Source: Candidatus Woesearchaeota archaeon (GTDB taxonomy: Archaea > Nanobdellota > Nanobdellia > SCGC-AAA011-G17 > JACPNG01). From it: a stretch of 64,000 nt of DNA. The notes below the pieces were generated by a model. That model searched no databases. It had not been told where the DNA came from and saw only the letters and a list, made by a program, of their open reading frames with translations. Location of the stretch: positions 6,265 through 70,264 of the forward strand of contig JACPNE010000003.1 of assembly GCA_016185615.1 (NCBI GenBank). The letters run 5' to 3'. Made by a program: the position numbers and the translations under genes. Numbering within the stretch: position 1 is the stretch's first letter; each line of letters begins with the position of its first letter. Shown here piece after piece: positions 18,466-26,526 of this stretch.

Positions 18466-19533
18466 TTAGTTAAAAAACAGGTATTTTAGAAATTTAAGTA
18501 ATCTTGGTTCTTTTATAAACAATTTAAATGCAAATTTAGCTATATAATCTCTATCATTTTCTTCAAGTATTTTTTTCAATTTATCTTGAGAGAATAAATC
18601 AACAAACTCATTGTAATCTTTTTCATTAAACTTATCCATAACTTTTCGAGCATAAAGTCCAACCAATAAGTCTCTCCCTATTGCTTTTCTCCAGTTTTTA
18701 TCATAATCAGAAAAAGATTTTGTCATCTCTTTTGCAGCTAATAATCCCTGTATGATTCCACCATATGTTGTAGCCTTAACTTGAGTAGCAGAGTCTCCTA
18801 TCAGATAAACATTATTTTTAGTTGTAATAACATTTGGATCATATACTGGAATCATCCCGGATTGATAATTTATTATCGTAGCATTTCTAAGTTTTAATAA
18901 TCTTTCAAAATCTTTAGTTGAGTTGTTATATTCCGCCACCCCTATCCTTGCAATCTTATTATTTTCTGGAACAACCCAACCAAAACACCCATATCCTAGA
19001 TAAAAGTCAATTTTTTCCTCATCACATTTTGTATTACATCTAGCCTGGATGCCATATACAAAATTTCTATTGTTAAACATTCCATTGGTTTTGGCAACAC
19101 TAGAAAATGGGCCATCAGCGCCAACAAGGATATCTGTTTCTCTAAAGCCATTATTAATTTTGATTTTCATTTTACCATTATTTGAACAACCGTTATATCT
19201 GCTTTTTAGATGAAGTTTTGCTCCTTCATTCACAGCGAGATTAGCAATATATCTATCAAATCTGTCTCTGTCAAATACATAATTACTTTTGTTAAGCTTA
19301 ATTTCAATAAAATTGTTGTTTGGTGAGAAAATTCTAGCATATTTTGCTTTATTTAGAACAAAATCATGATCCATATCAAGGATTCCCTTTAATGAGCTTG
19401 TAGTTATTCCAGTACATTGTATTGGACTACCAACGACTGAATGCTCTTCATACAGATTAACCTTTTCTCCCTTCTTTGCTAATAAGTATGCTAAATAACT
19501 TCCGGCTGGGCCTGCCCCTATAATTGAGATCAT
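18466..19533 (-). CDS. geranylgeranyl reductase family FAD-dependent oxidoreductase
   Basis: N-terminal IIGAGPAGSYLA dinucleotide-binding motif. The 355-aa length is typical of archaeal lipid geranylgeranyl reductases. Confidence 0.8.
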   Translation of the reverse strand: MISIIGAGPAGSYLAYLLAKKGEKVNLYEEHSVVGSPIQCTGITTSSLKGILDMDHDFVLNKAKYARIFSPNNNFIEIKLNKSNYVFDRDRFDRYIANLAVNEGAKLHLKSRYNGCSNNGKMKIKINNGFRETDILVGADGPFSSVAKTNGMFNNRNFVYGIQARCNTKCDEEKIDFYLGYGCFGWVVPENNKIARIGVAEYNNSTKDFERLLKLRNATIINYQSGMIPVYDPNVITTKNNVYLIGDSATQVKATTYGGIIQGLLAAKEMTKSFSDYDKNWRKAIGRDLLVGLYARKVMDKFNEKDYNEFVDLFSQDKLKKILEENDRDYIAKFAFKLFIKEPRLLKFLKYLFFN

Positions 19534-19611
19534 ATGCTTATTATGAAAAAAAGACTTATAAAACTAATCATCAGAAAATTATTTAAACAAAAATAGACTT
19601 TTAAGTACATA

Positions 19612-21282
19612 ATGGCCTTTTTTGATGCGTTAAGAGATATTAGAAGAATAAAAAATGTTGTTGGTGTTATGTTCAAGTATGAACTTGGATATTTCTTAGA
19701 AAAATTAGACCTAAAAAATTATCTTCCATTCAATAAAAAACTACAAACAACTAAATTCTCAAAGCCGGATTCTATTCCAAAAAGATTAAGGTTGGCTATT
19801 GACGAGTTGAATGGTGGTTTTGTTAAGTTGGGTCAATTACTAAGCTTAAGACCAGACTTAATTCCAAAAGAATATTGTGAAGAATTCTCAAAACTTCAAG
19901 ACAATGTCAATCCTTTAAGTTATAGACAAGTAAAAGTAGTAATAGAAAATGAATTTAAAATATCATTAAATAAGTTATTTTTAGATTTTGGGAAAGAACC
20001 CATAGCTTCTGCTTCAATAGGGCAAGTCCATAAAGCACAGCTCAAGACAGGAGAATTTGTAGCAGTAAAAGTCCAAAGACCAGATATAGAAAACTTATTT
20101 GAGGCCGATATTGATTTAATGTATAAATTGGCTAAAATTCTAGAAAATAATATTCCAGAGACAAAAATTTATAGACCAATTCAAATTGTAAAAGAGTTTG
20201 AAGATTATACAAAAAAAGAATTGGATTACACTTTAGAAGCTAAAAATATAGATGATTTTTATAATTTAAATAAAGATAAAGAAATTATCGCTCCAAAAGT
20301 TGTATGGGAATATACAAAAAAGAAAGTTCTGACAATGGAATTCATAGAAGGTAAGAAAATTCATGAAATAAAAAATTTTAAGGAAATAAATTCAGACCCA
20401 AAAATTATTATGAAGAACATTGCTTCATCAATAATAAAACAGATTTTAGAATATAAAATATTTCATGCAGATCCCCATCCTGGAAATTTATTATTATTAG
20501 GAAAAAATAAAGTTGCATTACTGGATTTTGGTATTGTGGGGAGATTGAATGATGAGTTAGCTGAAAAAATAGAAAATGTTTTCATAGCATTAATGAAGCC
20601 TGATTCAAAATTATTAACTGAAAGTTTGATAGATTTAAATTTTGCAGAAAGCCATGTATCTCAAAATGAGTTAAAAAATGACTTATCAGTTCATCTGTCA
20701 AGATATTATTCAATAAAATCTGAGAATCTAAATTTATCAGAAGCAATGTATGATTTATTAGCAATAGCAAGAAAACATAATTTACAGCTTCCGGATAATT
20801 TTGTTCTTTTAATCAAAAGTTTAATCACAACAGAGGGATTGGCAAAAATAATCTATCCAGAATTTAATTTTATAGAAGAATTAAGGCCATATACAAATAA
20901 TTTAATAAAGAAAAAGTCATCAACAAGGTATGTTCTGGGCTCATTAAAAGAAATTTTATTAGATTTTAAGAATAGCATTTCAAACGCCCCAAGAGAGATA
21001 AAAAAAACTGTAAAAGCAATACAATCTCCAAAAGTAAAGATTGATATAGATGATACAGACATCCAAAAATTTGTTATAGAATTGGACAGATCAAGTAACA
21101 GAATAACATTTGGTTTGATTATAGCTGCTTTGCTTGTTGGGGCAGCATTGGTATTTGCAGCAGACTTGCCACCATATATATTTAATTTGTCATTAATGGG
21201 GATAATATTTTTAATAGTTGCAATGATTGTTTCTATTATGCTAATATCATCAATACGCAAAGAGGGGAGGTTCAAAAGATGA
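19612..21282 (+). CDS. ABC1/UbiB (AarF) family atypical kinase with C-terminal TM segments
   Basis: Motifs ASASIGQVHKA, VAVKVQRPD, HADPHPGNL, LDFG. Two hydrophobic helices at the C-terminus. Confidence 0.85.
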   Translation: MAFFDALRDIRRIKNVVGVMFKYELGYFLEKLDLKNYLPFNKKLQTTKFSKPDSIPKRLRLAIDELNGGFVKLGQLLSLRPDLIPKEYCEEFSKLQDNVNPLSYRQVKVVIENEFKISLNKLFLDFGKEPIASASIGQVHKAQLKTGEFVAVKVQRPDIENLFEADIDLMYKLAKILENNIPETKIYRPIQIVKEFEDYTKKELDYTLEAKNIDDFYNLNKDKEIIAPKVVWEYTKKKVLTMEFIEGKKIHEIKNFKEINSDPKIIMKNIASSIIKQILEYKIFHADPHPGNLLLLGKNKVALLDFGIVGRLNDELAEKIENVFIALMKPDSKLLTESLIDLNFAESHVSQNELKNDLSVHLSRYYSIKSENLNLSEAMYDLLAIARKHNLQLPDNFVLLIKSLITTEGLAKIIYPEFNFIEELRPYTNNLIKKKSSTRYVLGSLKEILLDFKNSISNAPREIKKTVKAIQSPKVKIDIDDTDIQKFVIELDRSSNRITFGLIIAALLVGAALVFAADLPPYIFNLSLMGIIFLIVAMIVSIMLISSIRKEGRFKR

Positions 21283-21515
21283 TAAGAGAATTTATTAGAA
21301 GAACTTTTGGGTTTGGAGCAAAAACAATATTGGACAATAGAGATTTAGATAGGAAAGATTTGAAAGACATGACAAAAAACGTGATTAATGAGTCAGTAAA
21401 AGAAGAAAAAAGGCTAAAAAATGTAATGAGGAAAGAGGTAAAAAAATCCATCAAAAGAGTTGCTTCTAAAGCAAAAGTTTCCAAAAAGAAAGCTAAAAGA
21501 AAAAAGAGGAGATAG
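21279..21515 (+). CDS. small Lys/Arg-rich hypothetical protein
   Basis: 78 aa. ATGA overlap with the UbiB stop suggests translational coupling. The composition is low-complexity, so the call is uncertain. Confidence 0.35.
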   Translation: MIREFIRRTFGFGAKTILDNRDLDRKDLKDMTKNVINESVKEEKRLKNVMRKEVKKSIKRVASKAKVSKKKAKRKKRR

Positions 21516-22362
21516 ATTGACAATAGAGAATATACTATTGACTGTAGGCATTGTTGGATTAGTGGCTGCTTCTGTTTCTGATATAAAGACAAAAGAAGTT
21601 CCTGACTGGATAAGCTACAGTATGATATTCTCTGGAATATTTCTAAGATTGATCTTTTCAGCAAAAACTTTTATTTGGTCTTTCTTTTTTATTGGACTTT
21701 TGGGATTTTTTAGTATGTTATTGCTTGGAAATCTAATGTACTACACAAAACAATGGGGTGGGGGAGACACAAAAATCATGATGGGTATTGGTGCATTATT
21801 TGCTACCATAAATGAACAAAATTTATTTTTGCTTAATTTGATAATTAATTTACTCATTGTTGGAGCCATATATGGATTAGTATGGAGTATTATACTTGCA
21901 ATCAAAAACAAAGATAAATTTTTGAAAGAAATGCATAAAAAAATGAGAGATAATAAAAGATTGGGTTTAATATTATTAATAATATCAATAATTCTAACAA
22001 TAAATCTTCTCTTTGTACAAAATACAATAGTTAAAATATTTATATTTACAATTGTTTTGTTGGTTGGATTATATTATTATCTATTAATTGTTATAAAAGC
22101 AATTGAAGATTCTTCAATGTACAAGATGATTTCTGTATCTAAGCTAACTGAAGGCGATTGGATAGCACACAATATCAAACTAAATCATAGGATTATATAC
22201 AAAAAATCTAGTTTGGGTGTAACGAAAGACCAACTTAGTCTTATAAAAAAGTCAAAAATAAAGAGAGTATTGATAAAAGAAGGCATTCCATTTATTCCTT
22301 CTATATTTATAGCAACACTAATAACTTTAGTTTATGGGAGTTTAGTTTCTTTATTAGTTTAG
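21460..22362 (+). CDS. type IV prepilin/preflagellin peptidase (A24 aspartic peptidase, PibD/FlaK/EppA-like)
   Basis: Polytopic membrane protein with two Asp motifs in A24 order: AASVSDIKTKEVPD and KQWGGGDTKIMMGIG (GxGD). The true start is probably TTG at 21517, directly after the stop of the preceding small ORF. Confidence 0.75.
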   Translation: MLLKQKFPKRKLKEKRGDRLTIENILLTVGIVGLVAASVSDIKTKEVPDWISYSMIFSGIFLRLIFSAKTFIWSFFFIGLLGFFSMLLLGNLMYYTKQWGGGDTKIMMGIGALFATINEQNLFLLNLIINLLIVGAIYGLVWSIILAIKNKDKFLKEMHKKMRDNKRLGLILLIISIILTINLLFVQNTIVKIFIFTIVLLVGLYYYLLIVIKAIEDSSMYKMISVSKLTEGDWIAHNIKLNHRIIYKKSSLGVTKDQLSLIKKSKIKRVLIKEGIPFIPSIFIATLITLVYGSLVSLLV

Positions 22363-22967
22363 GCCTTTCTTTCTTCTTCCCAATACTCAGTAAGTGTCTT
22401 TTTAGTCAATTTAACCTCTTTATGGGTTGAGATATTCTCTTTTATTTTCTTAGCTAGATTAGACATTTCATCATCACCTATTTTTTTGAAATTCCATTTA
22501 AAATCTATTCCATCATCTTTGTATCTTGGAATTAGATGTATTATTATGTGTGGAGAATTCTGACCAGCTATTTGACCATTGGCAACAAATATATTATTTC
22601 CATCCGCATTTAAACCATTGATCATAGCCAATGATACTTTATTAATAATTTTGAATAAATGTTGCACTTCCGTATCAGAAAGTTGAAATAAGAATTGATG
22701 ATGTTTTTTCGGGAAGATTATCGTGTGCCCTTTGTTTGCCGGATTAATATCAAGAATGCCCATTACAATTCCGTCTTCATAAACAATTTTAGAATCTATT
22801 TTTTTCTCAGCTATACCACAAAATGGGCATTGCTGTTTTGTTAGTTCATGTAATTCTTCCGGTGGCAATTCATTCAGAATTTCTTGTAATTTTTTCTGCT
22901 GCTCTTCAGGACTTAAGTCTTTTATTCTTTCTTGTATCTCTTTTATTCTCTCTTCAGATAATGCCAT
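22359..22967 (-). CDS. HIT-family protein with N-terminal coiled extension and degenerate histidine triad
   Basis: CPFCGI...VYEDG...LDINPANKGHTIIFPKKHH is a HIT fold signature. The triad position reads SPHIIIHLIPR (H-I-I-I-H instead of HxHxH). Confidence 0.75.
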   Translation of the reverse strand: MALSEERIKEIQERIKDLSPEEQQKKLQEILNELPPEELHELTKQQCPFCGIAEKKIDSKIVYEDGIVMGILDINPANKGHTIIFPKKHHQFLFQLSDTEVQHLFKIINKVSLAMINGLNADGNNIFVANGQIAGQNSPHIIIHLIPRYKDDGIDFKWNFKKIGDDEMSNLAKKIKENISTHKEVKLTKKTLTEYWEEERKA

Positions 22968-23007
22968 GATAAGTTAATTATTTAAAGCATTAAAAAACTT
23001 TTCATTA

Positions 23008-23649
23008 ATGATTTCAATTATAATTCCAGCTTATAATGAAGAGAAATATATTGAGAAAACATTAAAATCAATCAAGAAACAAAATTTTAAGCATTATGAG
23101 ATAATAGTTGTATGTAACGGCTGCACTGACAATACAAAAGATATAGCAAAAAAATATGCAGATAAGGTTCTAGTTATAAAAGAAGCAAATGTTATGGCTG
23201 CAAAGAATAAGGGCGCTTCTGTATCAAAGTATAAAAAATTAATTTTTTTGGATGCTGATACTAAATTTAATGATTCTAATGCATTGTACAAAATATCAAA
23301 AGATAAATGGGATATTTCAACATGTTTTTTCTTGCCAAATGATTTCAAATTAAGATATATTCCGTTTTTTATCATCAAAAATTTATCCAATTTTTTCGGG
23401 ACTGCAAACGGAATAATAATCTGTGATAAAGAAAAGTTCCATAAAATTGGGGGATTCAATGTAAAAAGATATCCTTTAGAAAATAGGGATTTGATTATAA
23501 GATTTAAAAGAATTGGTAATTTTCATGTTGTTCCTTTATTTGTTGTTACATCAATGAGAAGGCATGATAAATGGGGACTGTATAGCTTATGGTATTGGAG
23601 CAAAAGTTTAATATTCAACAATAAAGAAAGATATGAAGCAGTAAGATAA
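23008..23649 (+). CDS. family 2 glycosyltransferase
   Basis: IIIPAYNEEKYIEKTLKSI N-terminus and DAD motif (FLDADT). 213 aa. Confidence 0.8.
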   Translation: MISIIIPAYNEEKYIEKTLKSIKKQNFKHYEIIVVCNGCTDNTKDIAKKYADKVLVIKEANVMAAKNKGASVSKYKKLIFLDADTKFNDSNALYKISKDKWDISTCFFLPNDFKLRYIPFFIIKNLSNFFGTANGIIICDKEKFHKIGGFNVKRYPLENRDLIIRFKRIGNFHVVPLFVVTSMRRHDKWGLYSLWYWSKSLIFNNKERYEAVR

Positions 23650-23925
23650 TTAACCAACTGCCCTTCTAACATCAACAACCTCAACAGAATTAACTCCATC
23701 TATTTCTCTAATTTGGTCTTCCAAATCATCTGTTCCACCTTTTGATTCATCCATAATACATATTAGTTTTATGGCTTTTAAACCAAAAGCAATTGGTTCT
23801 ATTTCAGTTTTTCCTACATGAACCCCATAGTCTTCTATTTTAGAGATTGCTTCATCTTTAACAGAGTCTATATCAGTTTCAGGGCTTTCCAGCATAATCT
23901 TAAAAGTTATTACAACATTTGCCAT
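23650..23925 (-). CDS. ef1b: elongation factor 1-beta (aEF-1beta)
   Basis: 91 aa. MANVVITFKIMLESPETD...IAFGLKAIKL...VEVVDVRR is typical of aEF-1beta. Confidence 0.85.
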   Translation of the reverse strand: MANVVITFKIMLESPETDIDSVKDEAISKIEDYGVHVGKTEIEPIAFGLKAIKLICIMDESKGGTDDLEDQIREIDGVNSVEVVDVRRAVG

Positions 23926-23926
23926 T

Positions 23927-24109
23927 TTAATTAGGACCTGAGAATTTACATTCAGGGCAAGTATATCTTGTGGCTATTTTCCTTTCATGTAAGCTTCTTA
24001 TTATAATATATTTTCCACAGTTAGGGCACTTGAATTTAGTAGAACCCTTCTCATTAGTAATTTCTTCCCCACTTGCACTTTTAATCATTTTTAATTCAGC
24101 CATAAACAT
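23927..24109 (-). CDS. Zn-ribbon protein (COG2888-type, commonly paired with aEF-1beta)
   Basis: Two CxxC pairs (CPNCGK...CPECKF), ~58 aa, immediately upstream of ef1b. Confidence 0.7.
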   Translation of the reverse strand: MFMAELKMIKSASGEEITNEKGSTKFKCPNCGKYIIIRSLHERKIATRYTCPECKFSGPN

Positions 24110-24165
24110 TCTCTATAAAATCCATTTATAAAACTTTTTATATTTAAGATTAGTTAAGAACAAAT

Positions 24166-24253
24166 GCCCTTATGGTGTAATCTGGACTAAGCACAGAAGC
24201 TTGCGGTTCTAAGCAAAAAGCTTCAAATCTGGGTTCAAATCCCAGTAGGGGCA
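24166..24253 (+). tRNA. tRNA-Arg (anticodon GCG) with putative 12-nt intron at 37/38 (24207-24218)
   Basis: Acceptor GCCCTTA/TAGGGGC, D-stem GTGT/GCAC, anticodon stem GAAGC/GCTTC, loop TTGCGG|intron|A, T-arm CTGGG-TTCAAAT-CCCAG. TTGC:GCAA helix with 3-nt bulges GG|T and AA|A (relaxed BHB). Confidence 0.7.
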
Positions 24254-24332
24254 ATATCATTCATTTAATTGTAAAAGAAGATACATAATAAATTATCCAA
24301 GTATTAATATATTTTAATTTTTTATTTGATGT

Positions 24333-24647
24333 ATGCAGATTAGAAGGAGTTTTGATAATTTAGTAGATAAAATATTGAAAGAAGTTTCTATAAAAATAGC
24401 TAAACATGAATTTGAAGAAGCAATTAGATATACTTCAGATAAGGTTTATTATCGAATTGTCCAGAGCACTAATCCAATATTTTCACATCATAAACCAAGA
24501 GATTTAACTGTTAATGAAAAAGTAAAGAATAGAGTTTATTTCTTCCTAAAAGAATATATTCCTGAATCTTACTTAGATTATGGATGGAAAAAAGTTAAAG
24601 AAGAGGGAAGTAAACCAGTTAAATTAAATTTGTCCCATAATTATTAA
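24333..24647 (+). CDS. hypothetical protein
   Basis: 104-aa ORF with no recognised motif. Converges on radA with a 4-nt overlap. Confidence 0.45.
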   Translation: MQIRRSFDNLVDKILKEVSIKIAKHEFEEAIRYTSDKVYYRIVQSTNPIFSHHKPRDLTVNEKVKNRVYFFLKEYIPESYLDYGWKKVKEEGSKPVKLNLSHNY

Positions 24648-25603
24648 ACATCCCTAATTCCACCTTCGCTTATCTCAAATATGGCTTCTCCATCAGGCAT
24701 TGCCGGAGCATCTACAAGTTTAGCTACCCTTGTTCCTTTTTTTCCTCTTCTTAAATAAATTCTATAAGTAGATGCATGTGCTAATACATGTCCACCGATA
24801 GCCTCAGTGGGATCTCCAAAGAAGACATCTGGCCTTGCCATAACTTGGTTTGTTATATATACTGCAATATTATACTTATTTGCTAATTTCATCAATGCAT
24901 GCATATGTTTATTCAGTTTTTGTTGTCTATCAGCTAATTGTCCCCTTCCGGAAAAATCACTCCTAAAATGACTCATCAAAGAATCAACAATAATTAATTT
25001 AATTGGTAATCCTTCTTTTATCAAATCTTCAACCTTTTCAGCTAATAACATTTGATGATCTGAATTAAAAGACCTAACTCCTCTAAAATTTCTTAATGCC
25101 TCTTCTCCATTTAATCCCTTTGCTTCTGCTAATTTTTTTATAAATTCTGGTCTTAATGTTGATTCAGAGTCAATCCAGACAGCCATCCCTTCAGCCCCAC
25201 CTTTATCCCTAGGAAGTTGAACATTAACAGCTAATTGATGCGCTAAGGTTGTTTTTCCAGAGCCATATTGTCCATAAGCCTCTGTTATTGCCCCAGTTTC
25301 TACCCCCCCACCAATTAATGAATCAAAAGCTTTACTATTTGTTGTTATTTTTATTATCTGTTCCCTCTTCTTAAGTAAATCTTCTCCACTCTCAAAACCC
25401 ATATCTAATTTTGTCCTAGCTACACTAATTATTCTTTTAGCTACATTATCACCCATGCCACATGCATCAACTAATTCAGCAGGAGATGCAACAGCAATTG
25501 ACATTAAATCTGTATATCCGGACTCCATTAACTTTTCTGCTGTTGCTGATCCAACTCCCGGTAGATCTTGAATAGTAAGTTCTTTAGTTTCTTTTGTTGC
25601 CAT
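24644..25603 (-). CDS. radA: DNA repair and recombination protein RadA
   Basis: N-terminal HhH (LPGVGSATAEKL), Walker A GQYGSGKT, Walker B LIIVDS. 319 aa. Confidence 0.95.
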   Translation of the reverse strand: MATKETKELTIQDLPGVGSATAEKLMESGYTDLMSIAVASPAELVDACGMGDNVAKRIISVARTKLDMGFESGEDLLKKREQIIKITTNSKAFDSLIGGGVETGAITEAYGQYGSGKTTLAHQLAVNVQLPRDKGGAEGMAVWIDSESTLRPEFIKKLAEAKGLNGEEALRNFRGVRSFNSDHQMLLAEKVEDLIKEGLPIKLIIVDSLMSHFRSDFSGRGQLADRQQKLNKHMHALMKLANKYNIAVYITNQVMARPDVFFGDPTEAIGGHVLAHASTYRIYLRRGKKGTRVAKLVDAPAMPDGEAIFEISEGGIRDV

Positions 25604-25605
25604 CT

Positions 25606-25893
25606 TTATTCATCCCCCTCATTTTCTTCTGTGTTTTCCTTTTCTTGCTCTTTATTAACTTCAAAAAACAAATAATCTTGGGCTTTGTTTAATAAAAGTT
25701 GGAGTCTTACAATATCTTGTCTTCTCAAGTTATTAATAACTTCAGACCTCCAGATATCTTCCTTCTTTTTCTTATAGCTCTTTGTTATACTAAAAGTTTT
25801 GTAAGAAAGCTCTCCTCCTTCAAACTCCTTTTTATTATCCCAGATAGATAAGTCCATATTGCCTATCCTCCATTTTTGTATTGGTCTTGTCAT
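25606..25893 (-). CDS. hypothetical small protein co-transcribed with radA (acidic tail; possible nucleic-acid-binding protein)
   Basis: 95 aa. Strong SD-like GGAGG 6 nt upstream of the ATG, and only 2 nt from the radA start. The C-terminus is Glu-rich (EQEKENTEENEGDE), as in many SSB-type tails. Confidence 0.55.
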   Translation of the reverse strand: MTRPIQKWRIGNMDLSIWDNKKEFEGGELSYKTFSITKSYKKKKEDIWRSEVINNLRRQDIVRLQLLLNKAQDYLFFEVNKEQEKENTEENEGDE

Positions 25894-26061
25894 TTTTCCT
25901 CCTTTGCTTTCGCATTTTGTTTCAACAGTCCTAGAAATAGCTCCAATTAGTCTCCCTTTTCGGAACTTATTTCATGAGACTAATAGTATAATATCAAGTT
26001 TATTTATAAATCTGGCGCGTGGTTGTCCGCTGTCCGCTACGTATATACTAGAAAATATATA

Positions 26062-26526
26062 TTAAAAAACATTATTTATTGTAATTGCTATAAACACTAA
26101 TATTGTTGCTAGTAAAGCATATTCTAATATCCCTCCAGTCTTGATAAAACCTTTAAGATGTAAATTATTAAATGGTCTCAGGAAGCTTATTCCTGTAGTT
26201 GTTAATGAGTCTATCAATAAATGGGAAATAAATCCAATCAGAAAAGCAAATCCAACTACTGGGTAGCCAAACAAGCTTATAACTATGAAAATTGCTATTG
26301 GAATATATATTGTATGCATTAATCCCCTGTGCCCAAATAATAATTCTAACAAAAAAGACAAAGGTTTTATTTTAGATCCTATTCTGGAAGACATTTTATC
26401 TAAATCAGCTAAAGCAGCCCCAAATATGACAGCTAAGATAAAGATAGATTGATTTGGAACCTCAATTAGAGTCATAGTTAGTAATGCAACTAAAAATCCG
26501 AAAGCTATATGGGTTATGAACATCAT
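26062..26526 (-). CDS. membrane-bound metal-dependent hydrolase (YdjM/DUF457 family)
   Basis: 154 aa, 4-5 TM. His/Asp-containing motifs THIAFG, ADLDK, GHRGLMHT and SHLLIDSLT are typical of YdjM-like proteins. Confidence 0.65.
   Translation of the reverse strand: MMFITHIAFGFLVALLTMTLIEVPNQSIFILAVIFGAALADLDKMSSRIGSKIKPLSFLLELLFGHRGLMHTIYIPIAIFIVISLFGYPVVGFAFLIGFISHLLIDSLTTTGISFLRPFNNLHLKGFIKTGGILEYALLATILVFIAITINNVF

Noticed and set aside
19612-21282. UbiB/ABC1 kinase plus geranylgeranyl reductase as evidence of quinone biosynthesis
   Set aside because: No other quinone-pathway genes are in the window. Both families are widespread in archaea with lipid-related roles, so the evidence is insufficient for a pathway claim.
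21272-21664. 130-aa minus-strand ORF
   Set aside because: It overlaps both the small Lys-rich ORF and the A24 peptidase start on the opposite strand. It is low-complexity, and the plus-strand peptidase has catalytic motifs.
25859-26065. 68-aa plus-strand ORF covering the radA-operon upstream spacer
   Set aside because: It has no SD or promoter logic and runs across a TATA-like element and the GC-rich island. The region is treated as regulatory/non-coding instead.
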